Counted from the first letter of the whole stretch, positions 1-12,808 are shown. The stretch: 63,673 nucleotides of DNA, filler included, from Salisapilia sapeloensis CBS 127946 (GCA_023334545.1; 7 parts of 7 records of this genome joined end to end with filler, not necessarily neighbours in it); one strand, 5' to 3'. Made by a program: numbers and translations. The notes: generated by a model from the letters alone, not told the origin.

Positions 1-532
1 ACGAGTTAAAGTGAGACGTAGCACAATCCTCTGCAACAGAACGCAAGACTCGAATGATCATAGCGATTTGTGCATTCGAACCAGACTGCCACAATTGAAT
101 CAAGTCTGGTAGGAAGTTTGGCCATCGCTGAGGGAACTGACGCTTGGCTACTTGGGCGAGAAGAGCAACTTTCTTTTCTTTGAGAAAGTTTGGCTCCTCT
201 GTGCCCGGACAAGTGACGAGAAGCAATTGCACGAGTTCATCTCGCAAACGAGTTTGCTCCTCGGTGCTCAAACTTCGCCATTTATAGACGATATGATCTT
301 CTAGACAGTGTAGCGCAAAGTGCTGGCGAGTGGGTATTTCTAGCGATGCAGTTGTGGTTGGCAATTCGGACTGAGGTCGCTTATAAATGGCGAGTGCATA
401 CAGAGCACAGTCATCTCGAGTCTTGAATTGCTCACAAAAGGCATAGGCTGTCTGGCGTTCATTTGGAGGTGTCTGTGGCGAGTAACTGACTTGCACTGCC
501 AGCAGAACTTGTTCCAACAGTGCTTCATCCAT
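1..532 (-). CDS. XPO5: Exportin-5-like karyopherin, N-terminal part (runs off the window start)
   Basis: Frame open from ATG 532 to the window edge, absent from the ORF track. Translation MDEALLEQVLLAVQVSYSP...AYAFCEQFK...QHFALHCLEDHIVYKW...AKRQFPQRWPNFL...VAEDC matches the recalled exportin-5 IBN_N/Xpo1 region. Confidence 0.85.
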   Translation of the reverse strand, partial: MDEALLEQVLLAVQVSYSPQTPPNERQTAYAFCEQFKTRDDCALYALAIYKRPQSELPTTTASLEIPTRQHFALHCLEDHIVYKWRSLSTEEQTRLRDELVQLLLVTCPGTEEPNFLKEKKVALLAQVAKRQFPQRWPNFLPDLIQLWQSGSNAQIAMIIRVLRSVAEDCATSHFNS

Positions 533-1133
533 GAATAAGCTCAATTGGATTGTTTAACGAAAGTCGGTTTCTTGATACAAATTGCTCGTCCAAATATTTC
601 TCCAATATGCAGTGCAATCCGAGAAAAATTGGGTGTGCCGTATTGCCGAGAAAGGTTTTGACTAACCTTCGTACCTCCGATTACTTATGAAAGTCGAAAT
701 GGATGGATAGATGGTCCGATCGTCTACTTCCGCTGGTCTCGGGCGTGTCAATAACTTCCGCTGGGTACTGGCTGAGACGAACCAACCCGCTGATTGGCGG
801 AAACGGCATACCAAGTGTAGCGAACTTTTCCAAAACTAGGGGCAACTTTACTTATTTAGACAAAAGTGGAGACCGAGCGAGTAGAAACGAGGGTTGCTAC
901 GAATGGCCATCTCGGTCTCCACAATTGGTAAAATTGGCCTGGAAGGTCCCCACTTTTGTCTAAATTCATCTAATTATTCCTACTTTTGGTAAAAGTCTCA
1001 AATGTAGCCACCGCCGGTTGAAGAAGCGGTATACTGAAGGCAAGTTAGAGCGACTCGCTACCTACGGTCGAGGAGAAGCGGTGGGCACTGCCGTCCGACT
1101 GCTGTCACGACGTTTGCACCCGTACAAGACTGG

Positions 1134-2832
1134 ATGCTGCGCTCGAGTTCGAAAGCACCATCCAAGCCCAGGAAGGGCGAGTCATCTGGCAAAGGACCGG
1201 CGAAATCGACGTCGTCATCCACGAAACAACGGCCGAAGCGAAAGTATGACCAGTCCTCTCCTTTCACCTCTTCTTCACCTGTATCATTATTCGACCTTGT
1301 AAATCTGACTCTTTCTTGGATTGTCTAGACGCGTGGCAACGAAGAAGAAAGAGGACGATGCTTCTGAAGCCGTCTCATCCCATGGCTCTTCCTCTCGACA
1401 TGGTAAAGCCAAGTCGGACAAGTACGAGTATACGAATAACCTCCAGGCGATGAAACCACCTCCATTGCCATACATCGATGGCGTCCACTCGTTATCTAGT
1501 AGTGAGATCCAGTCGGACTTGCGTCACATCCAAGCGTTTTCCTCGAAAGCTCAGAAACAAACGAAAGCGACCCATGTGCATTATGACACGACGCCGACGA
1601 CCGTGCATGTCACGACAGCAGTGCATCCAGGCAGTGTCTTTCATCATGAGATCCCTGCAGCAATGGTAGAATCCCGTCGATCCAGAGCTTCTCGTGTGAT
1701 CACGCCAGAAGAGGTCGTCGCGACACTGCCGGCAGCACGACAAGCAGTGCGCTTAACCCAGCGAGAGCTCTTGTCTCTCAAGCGCGAACGAGATGACTTG
1801 GAACGATCGTACATGCAGCTCCGTACGACATATATATCTCAGCTCTCGGACATGCGTACGAAGCAAAAGCAGCAGAAGCGTGCATGTCAGAAACTATATC
1901 GAGAGCTTAAGGACAAGGCGAGTGAGTTAGAGACAAGTCGACGTCGAACGACAGCGTTGCAGGATATCATGACGGAGCTAGAGGCTAGAGGGAACACGAT
2001 TCTATCGTTACGTAGAGACAATAATCGGTTGGAGGCGATGCTAAAGAGAGGTGGGATGGCCGTCCCGGATGCGAATCAACTGTGCATAAACGACTGGGTG
2101 CACACTCCGTTCGGGCGTGGTATCGTCCACGACATGAACGACCACGATCGCACAGTGCATGTCCGATTAGAGAATGGAGAAGACGCGTTTGTGCAGGAAG
2201 AGGATGTGGAAGTATTGAATATGGAAGTAGGGTATGACCGACGAGAGCAGGAGCTTCGACAGCAGTTGTTTGATAAACTCGGAGCATTATATCCAGACGA
2301 GAAGCAAGAAGAGAGCGAGTCGAGTGAGTCGAGTGAAGATTCCGAGTCGGAGGAAGAGCGGATGATCCAGTTCCAGAGTCGAAAGCGCAAGTTTGACATG
2401 TTCGGCGTCAAGAAGAAGAAGATAAAGGTCGAGTATCGTGCGTGTAGCCTCCCGACGACGCCGTACGATACGAATTTATTGCTGAGTCCGTTGAGTGAGT
2501 TACCAGACTGGGCTGTCGGGATGGGAAAGACGGTGGGAGACGTCCAGTGGCTACGTCAGCAGCGTCCGGAGGAGATGGGCGAGCTGGAGAAGGAGAGGAT
2601 GGAGAAGAGACAGCTGCAAGGAGAGCTGGAGAGGATGCAGTATCAGCTAGAGCAGGCCGAAAAGGACAAGGAAGCTGCGCAGGAGCACGCGAGTGAACAG
2701 AAGGCGTCGATAGATACGTTGGTGACGAAGATGAAGAAGCTCCAACGCAAAGTGTCGGACTATCAGAGCAGTTCGTCGCCGTCACGAGGAAAGAGCAAGT
2801 CTGGTTCGACTCGAAGCACTCGGCGCTCGTAA
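1134..2832 (+). CDS. Uncharacterised coiled-coil protein with a central SH3/KOW-like barrel; probably 2 exons (1134-1243, 1329-2832)
   Basis: 503-codon ORF without an ATG start. A GTATGA donor at 1244, CTGAC branch site and AG at 1328 join it in frame to ATG 1134. Heptad-rich segments flank DWVHTPFGRGIV...VHVRLENG. Confidence 0.7.
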
Positions 2833-2913
2833 CGATACATACATGTAGTTCCAAAAGAGAAAGGGTTTATCGATTCGTGGTTTGTGCCTTCTGTGGAAGC
2901 ACGTCGTGCGGAT

Positions 2914-3803
2914 TTACATGACGACGCAGCACGAGTTGGTCTTGCGCGCTTGCTTGTAAAAGACCTTGGACTGGCTGCTGAGATCCTGTGATTTAGACAC
3001 GAGGTCGTCCAGTTTCTCTCCACGCTCGAGCACATTGTCAATCGTTTTCGTCTACTCGTGAGTCAGCACGTGCGGTCGTTCTATGGATGATGCGCTACGT
3101 ACGAGGACAGCGGTGGTTTCGTCCAATTCCTTCTGGATAGCAGAGATCTTGTCTGCCTTGGTTGGGTCCTGGTACTCGACAACTGCCGTGTTCAGCGGCT
3201 CAAACTCTTCCTTGGTCGACTGGTTCTTCCAGGACCCTCTACGCAGATGACGTTAATAGATTTACTTGATATAAAATGAAAAATGTCCTATACGCTTTTG
3301 CTTTTTCGTATTCGTCAAAGATTTTGTTGAGAAGAGCAAAGGCGACACGGGGGGGATACTCTTGGTCGCACACGACGATACCAGCGAGACCGTCGCGACG
3401 GACGTGAACGTGGCAATAGTAGTCTGATATGGTGCCTTAAGATATCTTTTGATGATAATACCAAGGTAGAAGCATACCTTCATGCTGGACGGACTGACGC
3501 TGACCAAGTGGCGTGCGTTTGACAAAGGTTTTACTGAAAAAGTTGATCATCTCTCGAATGCTACGGCGACGAGTATTCGGCATGAGCATCGGTTTTACTT
3601 ATAAGGTTGCAAGTGCGTCGTACCCACTCCGTTGAAAGTATCCAAAAGACGAGACTTCATATCCGGCGGACAGAATCATCGGGTCCGTGTCTTCCCCGGC
3701 ATGACGAAGTAGTTCTAACGTCCGCCATCGAACAACACGTTCAGATCACATCTTGATACATGCATTCATACAAGTAAAACACACCAATGGCGACAATCTT
3801 CAT
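2914..3803 (-). CDS. YKT6: R-SNARE YKT6 (longin + SNARE motif + CCVVM prenylation signal), multi-exon
   Basis: Spliced translation MKIVAIELLRH...[51 protein letters not shown]/...[17 protein letters not shown]...[14 protein letters not shown], with GT-AG introns. Confidence 0.95.
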
Positions 3804-4029
3804 GGCTAAATACGATGCTCGTCTGTAAAATGAAGAGGAAGGTGATAGAAGATGATGTCGAGCGAGGGATGCGGCCTCAGTACTCTCCCGAAAGTGATTC
3901 TAAGCTTTTCTAATCAGCGACATCACATGCCTGACATGAGATGTCAAAAGCATAAGGCGTTTTGTATGATATATTGTATGTTGGCGTCCATATGGAGATG
4001 GTACAGTTTACACAGCCAAGCGCCAAACC

Positions 4030-4601
4030 ATGAGCGGCCGAGCTTATGCCCGCGACAGTGAGAATACCGGACTGCCTGGTGGCGCTCGGGACCTGAACTC
4101 GATTGTACCACACAAGTTTGTCGTTCCAGTTGCCACGACGAAGCGTACACCAAAGGAACTGGCAATTAGACGGTACAGCTACGTATCTAAGGACCGCCGT
4201 CGTGACCTTATCATTTCGTCTTTCATAGAGCAATACGGAAACGATGCAAGGAAAAGAACTGGAAAAAGCTCATTGCTCTCAAGTACAGGCGACATTCTTC
4301 AGACGATCCGTCAGCTCAAGAACCTGTGAGCATTGCCCCGATTGGAATTAACCAGGAAAACCTTAGTGGAAAGCAGCAAACTGGCACTGGAAACGGTGCA
4401 TCGGCCACGGAGAAGCGAGAAATTGAGGAAATGAAATTGCAGGTATCGACTTGTGCAGCTAAATCTATCATTGCACGGATTTATAATGTGAACGAATAGG
4501 AACTTGAAGCGAGACTGCAAGAGATCGACGATCGGAAAACCGCCAAGTTTGTCGAACTGAAAGAGCTGCTTGCAGCTGAAGCCAAGTCCAAGGCAACGTA
4601 A
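4030..4601 (+). CDS. Hypothetical small multi-exon protein with a C-terminal coiled coil
   Basis: ORF 4030-4329 plus downstream splice-compatible segments ending ELEARLQEIDDRKTAKFVELKELLAAEAKSKAT*. Start codon and first intron uncertain. Confidence 0.4.
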
Positions 4602-4683
4602 ACTATCCTCACATCTTTTTATCCACATGCAACACGAGGCATTTGTCTGTCATATTTGTTTATTCTTATCTCCAAAAAACTTT

Positions 4684-6693
4684 TTATTCCTTCAGCTTGA
4701 CAGAGCAAGCTTCCACGTGCCTCATACCATCTTCCTTTTCGTTACTCTTACCAATGCTTAGCTTGTGTATCTGTCGATAGATTCCACTCGTCTGTCCCAC
4801 TTCTTCTGACTTGGGAGCACTTGGTCGAGTCGGAACTGCATGCGTTGGTCTTTGACTAGAAGGCGGTCGAGACGAATGGTTCGTATTTCGCGAAATAACC
4901 AATCCTCTCGAGGTAGTGAATGGCGACAGTCCATACGTATGACGCCTTACTTTGGATGCATCCAGTGGCTTAGACTCTGTTTCCACAGGTTTGCTTAGCG
5001 GTGCTAATGAAACTCCGTTCGCTCTTCTCGTCTGTAATACCGATGTCGGTCGACTGCTGCCTGAAGATGACGGCGGGCGTGGTGCTTGACTTCGAGGTGT
5101 CTTTGTAGCGTATTCAGCAGCGTTCGGGACAGCGGAAGTGAGGGTTCTACCTCCTCGCACTGAAACTGGTCGATGACTAGAACCGTTCTTCGAAAGGTAG
5201 GAATATCGAGGTACGATTCTTTCTGTAGCTCTTCGGGATGAGTTTTGGCTTTTACTATAGTCCGCACTACGCACAGCTCGTGTGACAGGTCTAGTCGCTG
5301 TCCGAGACTCGACTTCCTTGCTCGCAAATGGTACGCGTGGGGTAGATCCACGTGCCTTCGTTGTCTTTTGATCCTGATGTCGAAGAATACGTTGCAACTT
5401 GTTATATATAAGATAGTACGCGGACGTAAGTCGGTTGTGGGCGTTCGCCTGTAGCTGGTCTTGAATACCACTCAAGTCGACATTTAGAGATGAAAGATGC
5501 TCCAATACCATCTCATGCAATACGGTAGCGTTCGCTGTTTGCAGCATTGTCTCGTAAGCATAGCTTTGTGTCGGACGCATGGACTGAAGCCAAAAGTGAC
5601 TTTGGATGTCTTCGACGCTATATCGCTTGGTCGGATCTGTCTCTAGTATCCTCTTGATTAAATCTTGCAAGGGCTTCAAGGAACAATTAGGTATGCATGA
5701 AGCGACAAATAGACTAGCTGGAAACTTACAGTGGACAGGAAAGATGGCATCTTGTACTCTGCGTTTAGAATCTTTTTATACAGCGTGCTTGTGTTCCCAT
5801 CCTCGAAAGGGAGATACCCGCATACCATTGCGAAGAGTACCACACCAAGACTCCACATATCCGCCACTGGACCGATGTACTTTTTACCCTGGATCATTTC
5901 TGGTGCGGCGTAACACGGGGAGCCGCAAGCCGTTTTCAATAGCCTTCCTCCATCATGGATGTTACTAAGGCCAAAGTCAGCAATCTTGACCATCTTCTCA
6001 TTGGAGCCTTCAATGGTCTGCAAAAGGACGTTCTCCGGTTTCAAATCGCGGTGGGTGACTCCATTGGCATGCAGATAGCCTAATCCGTCGAGGATCTGTC
6101 GAAATAGACCGCAAGCTTCCACCTCTCGAAGTCGATGGTGGGATACAATATACTCGAACATTTCTCCTGCGTCGACGTACTCTGTGATGAGAAATATTCT
6201 CTCAGGGGCGTCTAGCACTTCATATAACTGCCGATAGTGAGATTAATCTTGTGATAGATGGTAGGAACATGAAAGCAGATACCTGAATGACGTTAGGATG
6301 GCGATTTCGTTTTAAAATTTTGATCTCTCGGGCGACACGCGCAACGTCCGCTGCTTGGACGATTCGACTCTTTTCTAAGATCTTTACAGCAACTCGTTCT
6401 CCAGTTGGAAGATGAAGACCCATCTTCACCTTACCAAACGTTCCTTTCCCAAGTGTATCTCCTAGCGCATAGTCTCCAACAGTCGTGCCACTTGCCCCAG
6501 ATAATTCACCATGCAGTCTTGAAATGTCCGATCGTTCTATGGACGAAGCATTGTCGCCGAAGCATCCGAATGCACTGGTAGATAGATTGGGAGCAGTAGA
6601 CTCCTGGTCATTTGCTATGCGAGCTGGTTGACCTGACACGAACGTCTCCTCTGTCGGAAGTCGAGTCCCATTCTTCGCGTCCGACAGCGTCAT
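4684..6693 (-). CDS. SNF1/AMPK-related (CAMKL) Ser/Thr kinase with a UBA-like region and Ser/Arg-rich tail; exons 6693-6283, 6227-5730, 5673-4684
   Basis: LGKGTFGKV, VAVK, HRDLKPEN, DFG and CGSPCYAAPE motifs. Two phase-0 GT-AG introns of 55 and 56 nt join three ORFs. Confidence 0.93.
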
Positions 6694-7638
6694 TGCTAGC
6701 GTGAGAAGACGTGTATGCGACTATGTGCTCGGTACAGGATAGAAAACAATAACTAGAGATTGTGCTCGCCAAGCTCAATCTCTTCATATTCTCTATTAAT
6801 AGGTTTCATCTACTCTTGCTCGTGGATAGACTTGGTATTTAGGCGCTTTAGCCTTACCATCGCACCATAAACTTACTGTTCATCTCGCAATTGTATCATT
6901 GTCACATTAACCCCAGTATGATGCAGGCATACAGGAGCAATGTTCTAGTGGAAACTTGTTGCGTTGAGTTTGATTGTTCTGTCAGGAAACTTGGACACTG
7001 CCTTCACACTACAGCAAAAGAGACCTCAACGTGGATCATTTGATATTAATTGCCTTCGATAGAGAACGCAAGACATGAATATAGTCTGCATGTCAAGATA
7101 TAATTTGTTGCATCCATGTCATAGCATTCATTGGTAGTCAAAGTCTTCTTATTCGTGAGCTTACCAGTAGTCAATAACTCACTAGCGGCGGATACATCAT
7201 CGATATTAAGATCTATGATTGAGTCGTCCACGCTTTAGTCCAAGCAGCCAATGCGCCGACCAATGATTCTTTATCCACGCCTAGACTTACATCATACATG
7301 CCTGCTTGTAAATAACTATAGCATGCGAATATGAGCTCGATAGTGGATAAGCAATACATTCAAGTACAAAACATCGAAATCTTATTAGCATCTACTAGCT
7401 GGTCTTAGAAACTATTGGCATTATCGCGAGAAGAGAGTAAAATTGCATCATTAGCATGCGCTCGACCGTGTCTCCTTCTATAAAACGTTTCAAGATAATA
7501 GCTGCTTCGATTCTCGCGACACTTTGTTTTGGTATGCGTGTCCTAGAAAACGACTGGTTTCATACGACGTTTTGAGCTGCGCCCAAACGCGTCGAACATT
7601 GTGATACCCAGTACAAGAGGCATAGTCCGAGTCTTTTC

Positions 7639-8316
7639 ATGGCTGCTCGCGGACGGAAGCGGCAGAAGCCGGATGGCGGTCGGAAAGAATCCAAGAACAC
7701 GAGGACACTACTCTCCTACGCCAAGAAGCGCGAGATCTTGCAGCACTACCATGAGCACGGCATGCCGGACACGCTCCAGACCTTCTTCCCAGAGGCGAAA
7801 GTCTCCGATCGCGAAAGCAAGCGGAAGCTGGTGTACACGTGGCTGCATAATGAGCAGGAGATCGAGCGGGAGTGCTCCATGCCTTCCGGTTCAGACCGCA
7901 AACGTATGCGTCGAATGGGTTCTGCCACGGTGCTCCCAGTCGAGGCGGAGCTGCAGATCGTTGGGTGGATGAAAGAGCAGCAGCAGCATGGAAAAGAGCC
8001 TGTGCGATGCCAAATGCTCGAGTCGAAGGCGAAGGAAGTGGCTTTGTCCTTTGGCATCTCTTCGGATGTCTTTGTGGCGTCCTCGAGCTGGCGACGTTCG
8101 TTTTTAAATCGTCATAAGACGGCGTTAAACAGCTCACTGGATGCTAGTGTCGAGATTGCGGCCGGAGAACCGCCTCTAGCATACTCTGGAGAGTCATTGG
8201 TGGAGGTGGCAGCGGCGGATCTTCCGGCAGAGAATAAATTGGACGCGATGCAAGGACTCGAGACCAATGGTGTGGAAGAAGATCATGGAAAAGTCGAGGA
8301 GATGGCTCTAGTCTAA
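7639..8316 (+). CDS. CENP-B/Tc5(pogo)-type HTH DNA-binding protein with no DDE domain
   Basis: Tandem HTH pattern (YAKKREIL...; ELQIVGWM...MLESKAKEVA...FVASSSWRRSFLNRH) typical of pogo transposase N-termini, followed by a short acidic tail and a stop. Confidence 0.75.
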   Translation: MAARGRKRQKPDGGRKESKNTRTLLSYAKKREILQHYHEHGMPDTLQTFFPEAKVSDRESKRKLVYTWLHNEQEIERECSMPSGSDRKRMRRMGSATVLPVEAELQIVGWMKEQQQHGKEPVRCQMLESKAKEVALSFGISSDVFVASSSWRRSFLNRHKTALNSSLDASVEIAAGEPPLAYSGESLVEVAAADLPAENKLDAMQGLETNGVEEDHGKVEEMALV

Positions 8317-8917
8317 CGCACGAATACATGGATTTACTTTGTGATTTCTTTTATGTGTATGACTCTCTAGTAGTGGGAGCATGTTGATATGAACTTTAGG
8401 GTATGAGGTTGGAACAGGAGAAAGAATGAAATCAGAGATGTAGTAAACAGTATCTACTGGATAGCCGCTTGCTCCATCCGAATAGAATCTTAAGCACAGC
8501 GATTGATGCGTCTAGTACTAAAGGGATGGTCTATGAATTGTACATTGCTCTTCAAGTGAAGATGATATCAAGCTTTTAAGCCAGGTTGCCAACACAAGTT
8601 CCTCCACTTCCGTTGGAGCATTTCAACATGACTCTAATTATATCGATTGAGCTTTTTGTCACTACACAATATTGTTTGTATGAACCATTTAAAGAGTATA
8701 AATTCAAAGAACTGACTATCTCTATTCACCTACTTGCATGATCATAAGGAATAGAAGCATGAGCTCATCCGAGTACTCGTAGACCTCTCTTGGAGCAACA
8801 TGCAGCGCGAGTACAACCAAAGTTATTATATGAAGTAGCTATAAAGCATACTTTATACCAGTATAACTGAACGCAGCACAAACCGGCACAAAAAGATCGA
8901 CAGGAGGACCGAGAAGA

Positions 8918-9908
8918 ATGAGCAACCTTCAGCAGCTTGAAAAGGATGCACAGGCATTGCGGACGGCCGTGAATAACAACAACACTTCCCAAGCCCAGCA
9001 GCTACTTCCCAAGCTCAAGGTTTGTGCTTTATTTGTTGTCATTTTGTCCAACACAGACCGATAGAAGCTCATGTCGACTCGATCTCCTCTAGATTGCCTT
9101 GACTTCGCTCCCGTCTTTACCGCCGTATGGACAGGAAAGTAGCAGCGCACAGCAGGAACGGACGGTTGCACGTATATGCTTTTTTATTAAACATTATCGT
9201 TACAATCACCCGTCTGACGTGGGAATGAAGGCCATATACTCGAAAGTGCGACCTTGCTCAGCGTCTTGGAGGAGAACATGACGTCTTTCGAACGTCATAT
9301 GACGCAGCTAAAGGTTTACTACAGCGGCCTTGTCACAGACCTGCCTCCTTCCGACCTGCACTACCCGATCCTTGGCACGCGTCTCCTCCAACTTCTCGTC
9401 GAGAACCGTATGGCCGAGTTCCACAATGAAGTAACTATTCCATCGTGTCTATAAGGCTGACAGAGCTAACTGAATGTGATAAAATTAGTTGGAATTGATC
9501 CCTGAAGCAGGTCGAGAGGACGCAAACATCGCCTTTGCCATTAAGTTGGAGCAATACTTGATGGAAGGCAGCTACAAGAACGTCTTGGACGCTCGATCTC
9601 ACACTCCAAACCCATTCTACAAGTTCTTCATGACCCAGTTGCTCCAGACGGTACGTGAAAACCTGGCGGACTGTGCTGAAGTAGCCTATCCGTCGCTATC
9701 GATCCAAGATGCCCAGCACATGTTCATCTTCGACTCAGCTTCGGACCTGAAAAAGTATATTGAAGAGAGCAGGCCAGAATGGACCATCCGAGACGATAGC
9801 GTATGCTTCAAAGCGCCGGAAAAGAGTTTGGGTGCAAGTGACATTCCATCGCTAAAGCTGGTTGGAGAGACTTTGTCGTACGCGACGGAACTGGATCGAA
9901 TCGTCTAG
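8918..9908 (+). CDS. RPN12: 26S proteasome lid subunit RPN12/PSMD8, 4 exons
   Basis: ARHILESA...SFERHMTQLKVYY...LVENRMAEFHNELELIP...LEQYLMEGSY...YATELDRIV*, with GT-AG introns. Confidence 0.95.
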
Positions 9909-10294
9909 AGTTGGTGTCATGCCTTCCACATACGTAACCACCTTGTTGATGGAGAAAGATCGGAATACAGACACTTTTCAACCTTGCATTTCTGTCTTAT
10001 ATCTTTTACTGGACTGATTCGAAGGAGGTAGCTAGATAGATCCAGTACGAAACGCCTGCAAGATACATCCAACCGTCGGCCACTCTCATAAGCGACGCTT
10101 CCATTTTGCAATCCTTCACGACCGACTCAGTTCTCTCATGTAAGACTTGTCTTCTCCGCATTACCTTCCTTTTCTAACTTTCAATGATGTTTATGGCAGA
10201 ATAAATGCATGACATGAGGATCCTAGACTCTGCGCAATGGATGCTGGACTTCGTAACAAGATTTTCAGTCTTTCGGGAAGAAACACCATTGTCT

Positions 10295-11191
10295 ATGTCG
10301 ATTCTATGGGGTCTTCCGGACGAAATTACGCGACAGATTGGCTCGTATCTTGATGGATACGAGCTTTTGAGACTATCTCATACGAATCGACGTGCTTTCC
10401 ACTTACTTCAACACGATCACAATTGGTCTGGTCGACTATTGACGTCAAGTCATAACAGCTACAAGACTGCGAAAGAAAGATACTTGAGATCAAAGGTATT
10501 TTTATTCACTTGTAAAGATGGCGGATCGGCCATTGGTACGCCATCGCTTGGATTTACGTCTCGAAACTATTTGGTCGATCAAAAGTATGCGTTTTCCTTT
10601 GATATGTGGTTCAGTCTTACGGATTCGAATCCAAATGACCATGGTGGTGTACTACTTGGTGCACAAGATACCGACTTTCGTGATCCAATGCTACCGGATA
10701 GCTATGCTATATTTGCTCATATAGATAGTCATCTCCAGCTTCATTGCAGTTGCCTAGACCAGGAAGCAAATGCGATGATTACAAAGTCGCCTCTAGCTCC
10801 AGGTGTCTGGTACCACGTAACACTAACTTACTTTAACGGCAAGCAGTGTGTCTATTTGAATGGAAACTTGGTCAAAACAAACACTGGCAAGTTGAATCCT
10901 GCATGGGCATCGTTATACTACATGCAGCTTGGTCAAGGGTGCCGATTGGACATGAACGATCAAGAAGGTCGACCGAAATGGCACAGGTTTGGCGGTCTGC
11001 TGAATGACTTTCGCATTTGGACTGTGGAGCTAACGGCAGATAATGCCCAAAAGCTGTATCTCGGTGACGACAAGATTAATGTGGCTCCCCGCTTCCAGCT
11101 GCAGCCACAGTGCACACAATACTGGAAGTTTAACGTTAGTCAGACGTCTAGCACTCGACCTCTTGAAAAGTTAGCCAAGCGAGCTGTCTAA
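10295..11191 (+). CDS. F-box + concanavalin A-like/LamG domain protein
   Basis: LPDEITRQIGSYLDGYELLRLSHTNR (F-box), then FSFDMWF...WYHVTLTY...VYLNG...FGGLLNDFRIW (LamG). ATG 10295 preferred over 10205. Confidence 0.8.
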   Translation: MSILWGLPDEITRQIGSYLDGYELLRLSHTNRRAFHLLQHDHNWSGRLLTSSHNSYKTAKERYLRSKVFLFTCKDGGSAIGTPSLGFTSRNYLVDQKYAFSFDMWFSLTDSNPNDHGGVLLGAQDTDFRDPMLPDSYAIFAHIDSHLQLHCSCLDQEANAMITKSPLAPGVWYHVTLTYFNGKQCVYLNGNLVKTNTGKLNPAWASLYYMQLGQGCRLDMNDQEGRPKWHRFGGLLNDFRIWTVELTADNAQKLYLGDDKINVAPRFQLQPQCTQYWKFNVSQTSSTRPLEKLAKRAV

Positions 11192-12007
11192 ATCCACCAA
11201 AGTCTTATTTGATTGATTCGAAAGCAGCTTGAGCTGCTACGACAGATAACCTCAATGAATCCAGTATCAACTACTAGCGCATTCTGCGACGAATATGTAG
11301 ATAGCTATTGAAACTTATAAACAAATACAAATAAAGGAATCCTATTCCTTGTAGAAATTTTATAGTTATTCGACTCCTCGATGACTATAGTAGGATTCGT
11401 GCATTGATGTTGGACCATGGTCAAACACAGTCACGTCGATTTCTTGTCGGGTAAATGCTACCTTAGATCAAAATTCTATAGTCGAAAATGGAGTATCAAG
11501 AAAACGACTCGCGACATTTTTCTTTGTGAAACTAGAGTTGGAGATAGTGGTGTGGAATTTGCTACGCTAAATGCGGGGCTAGTATCCAGGAATTACGTCG
11601 ATGCAAGCCATGGAGTGGCTAGCGAATGATCTATGCAGCATCGTACACAACGAGCGAGGAATTAAATCGCACAAATGGAGAAAAAACTATTTTATTGATA
11701 TAGCATTCGGAGAAGTAGACGAACGCGCGTAACTATATACACAGATATAGTTTGCTGTATAGTGCAGTTTTCTTGTCCTGGATCGCGTCAATGATGTCGT
11801 ACTCGTATTTAAGAAATGCGCTTCCAATTGTAATTCGTATACAAATAAATGTAATAAATTTGCGTGCGGTAAGCTGGCGACTCTACGTGGCATGGCAAAA
11901 TTCATTCCGATCACAAGGAATTCCCATGACTACTTGTACGTCTACACGAACAGCTACGCTGAAATTCAAAAGAAAGTAAATGAAGAAAACGATTCGCCAT
12001 CGCGATT

Positions 12008-12808
12008 TCACTTGGGGGCTTTGCGCCGCCGAAGCAAGTGGGAACTCTCCTCATCTTCGTCCTCATCCACCTCATAGGCAAATGTGGCAAGGATTGACTC
12101 GGGATGAGTTACGGCGTGTGCGTCAACCGTTTTGCCCTGGAGGTCGTCTCCTGTTAGCTGGGTATCGCAACTGCTCCGTTCCTCTCCCATGCTATTCCTT
12201 TTTGCTTCCGACATAGTAGTAGCGTGGGGTTGGCAGTAAAACATGACGCCGAGGAACTGGCCAAACACCGTCGCACAGGCCGCTTTCCCTTCTTCGCACC
12301 CGTCCCATCGTTTGAGGCACTGGACGCAGGTATGGAGAAAAGTTTGGAGGGCTTCTGCTCGATCGCACAAATCTTCCATGCCGACGTACAACAGCTTTCT
12401 TTTGGGAAAAGGGGCTTCCTTAATCGCATTTTTCATCCTACTACAACCTTCACAAGGTTTTGTCGAGGAGAAAAATGTCGAGGACGAGGTGAGATGACTG
12501 GTTTTAAAAGCCTTGAGGAGGTTCGTTCGTAGGTCAATGTAGTGGTGGAATCGTTTCATCGACCGTGTCTGCAGACTCTTCGATGACGGGAGCGTCACAT
12601 CCATGGCAAAGCGTACATGCCGCGGCTCCTCCGGCGTCTCGACGAGAAAGAAGCCTTGAAAGCGACCATAGAGGTGTGATGTGTTCTGGTCGGAGAATTG
12701 GCGCTGTCGAGCGGGCGGGAGCTGGTCCATCGGTACACCCGCCACCTTTGTCGTCGGTTGATTCGCGGCATTCGCAGGCTTTTCAATGGAGAAACCTGGC
12801 GGTATCAT
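12008..12808 (-). CDS. Putative PX-domain protein
   Basis: 266-aa ORF with KRFHHYIDLR...APFPKRKL...RAEALQTFL, a PX-like R(Y/F)xxF, FPxK, R..L..FL pattern. Confidence 0.55.
   Translation of the reverse strand: MIPPGFSIEKPANAANQPTTKVAGVPMDQLPPARQRQFSDQNTSHLYGRFQGFFLVETPEEPRHVRFAMDVTLPSSKSLQTRSMKRFHHYIDLRTNLLKAFKTSHLTSSSTFFSSTKPCEGCSRMKNAIKEAPFPKRKLLYVGMEDLCDRAEALQTFLHTCVQCLKRWDGCEEGKAACATVFGQFLGVMFYCQPHATTMSEAKRNSMGEERSSCDTQLTGDDLQGKTVDAHAVTHPESILATFAYEVDEDEDEESSHLLRRRKAPK

Noticed and set aside
3830-3913. ATG 3830 as the start of the hypothetical gene
   Set aside because: Only 26 nt from the divergent YKT6 ATG, the frame closes after 27 codons, and the only rescue intron would be about 23 nt.
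7046-7231. 61-aa ORF between the kinase and CENP-B-like genes
   Set aside because: GTG start, no motif, no splice support.
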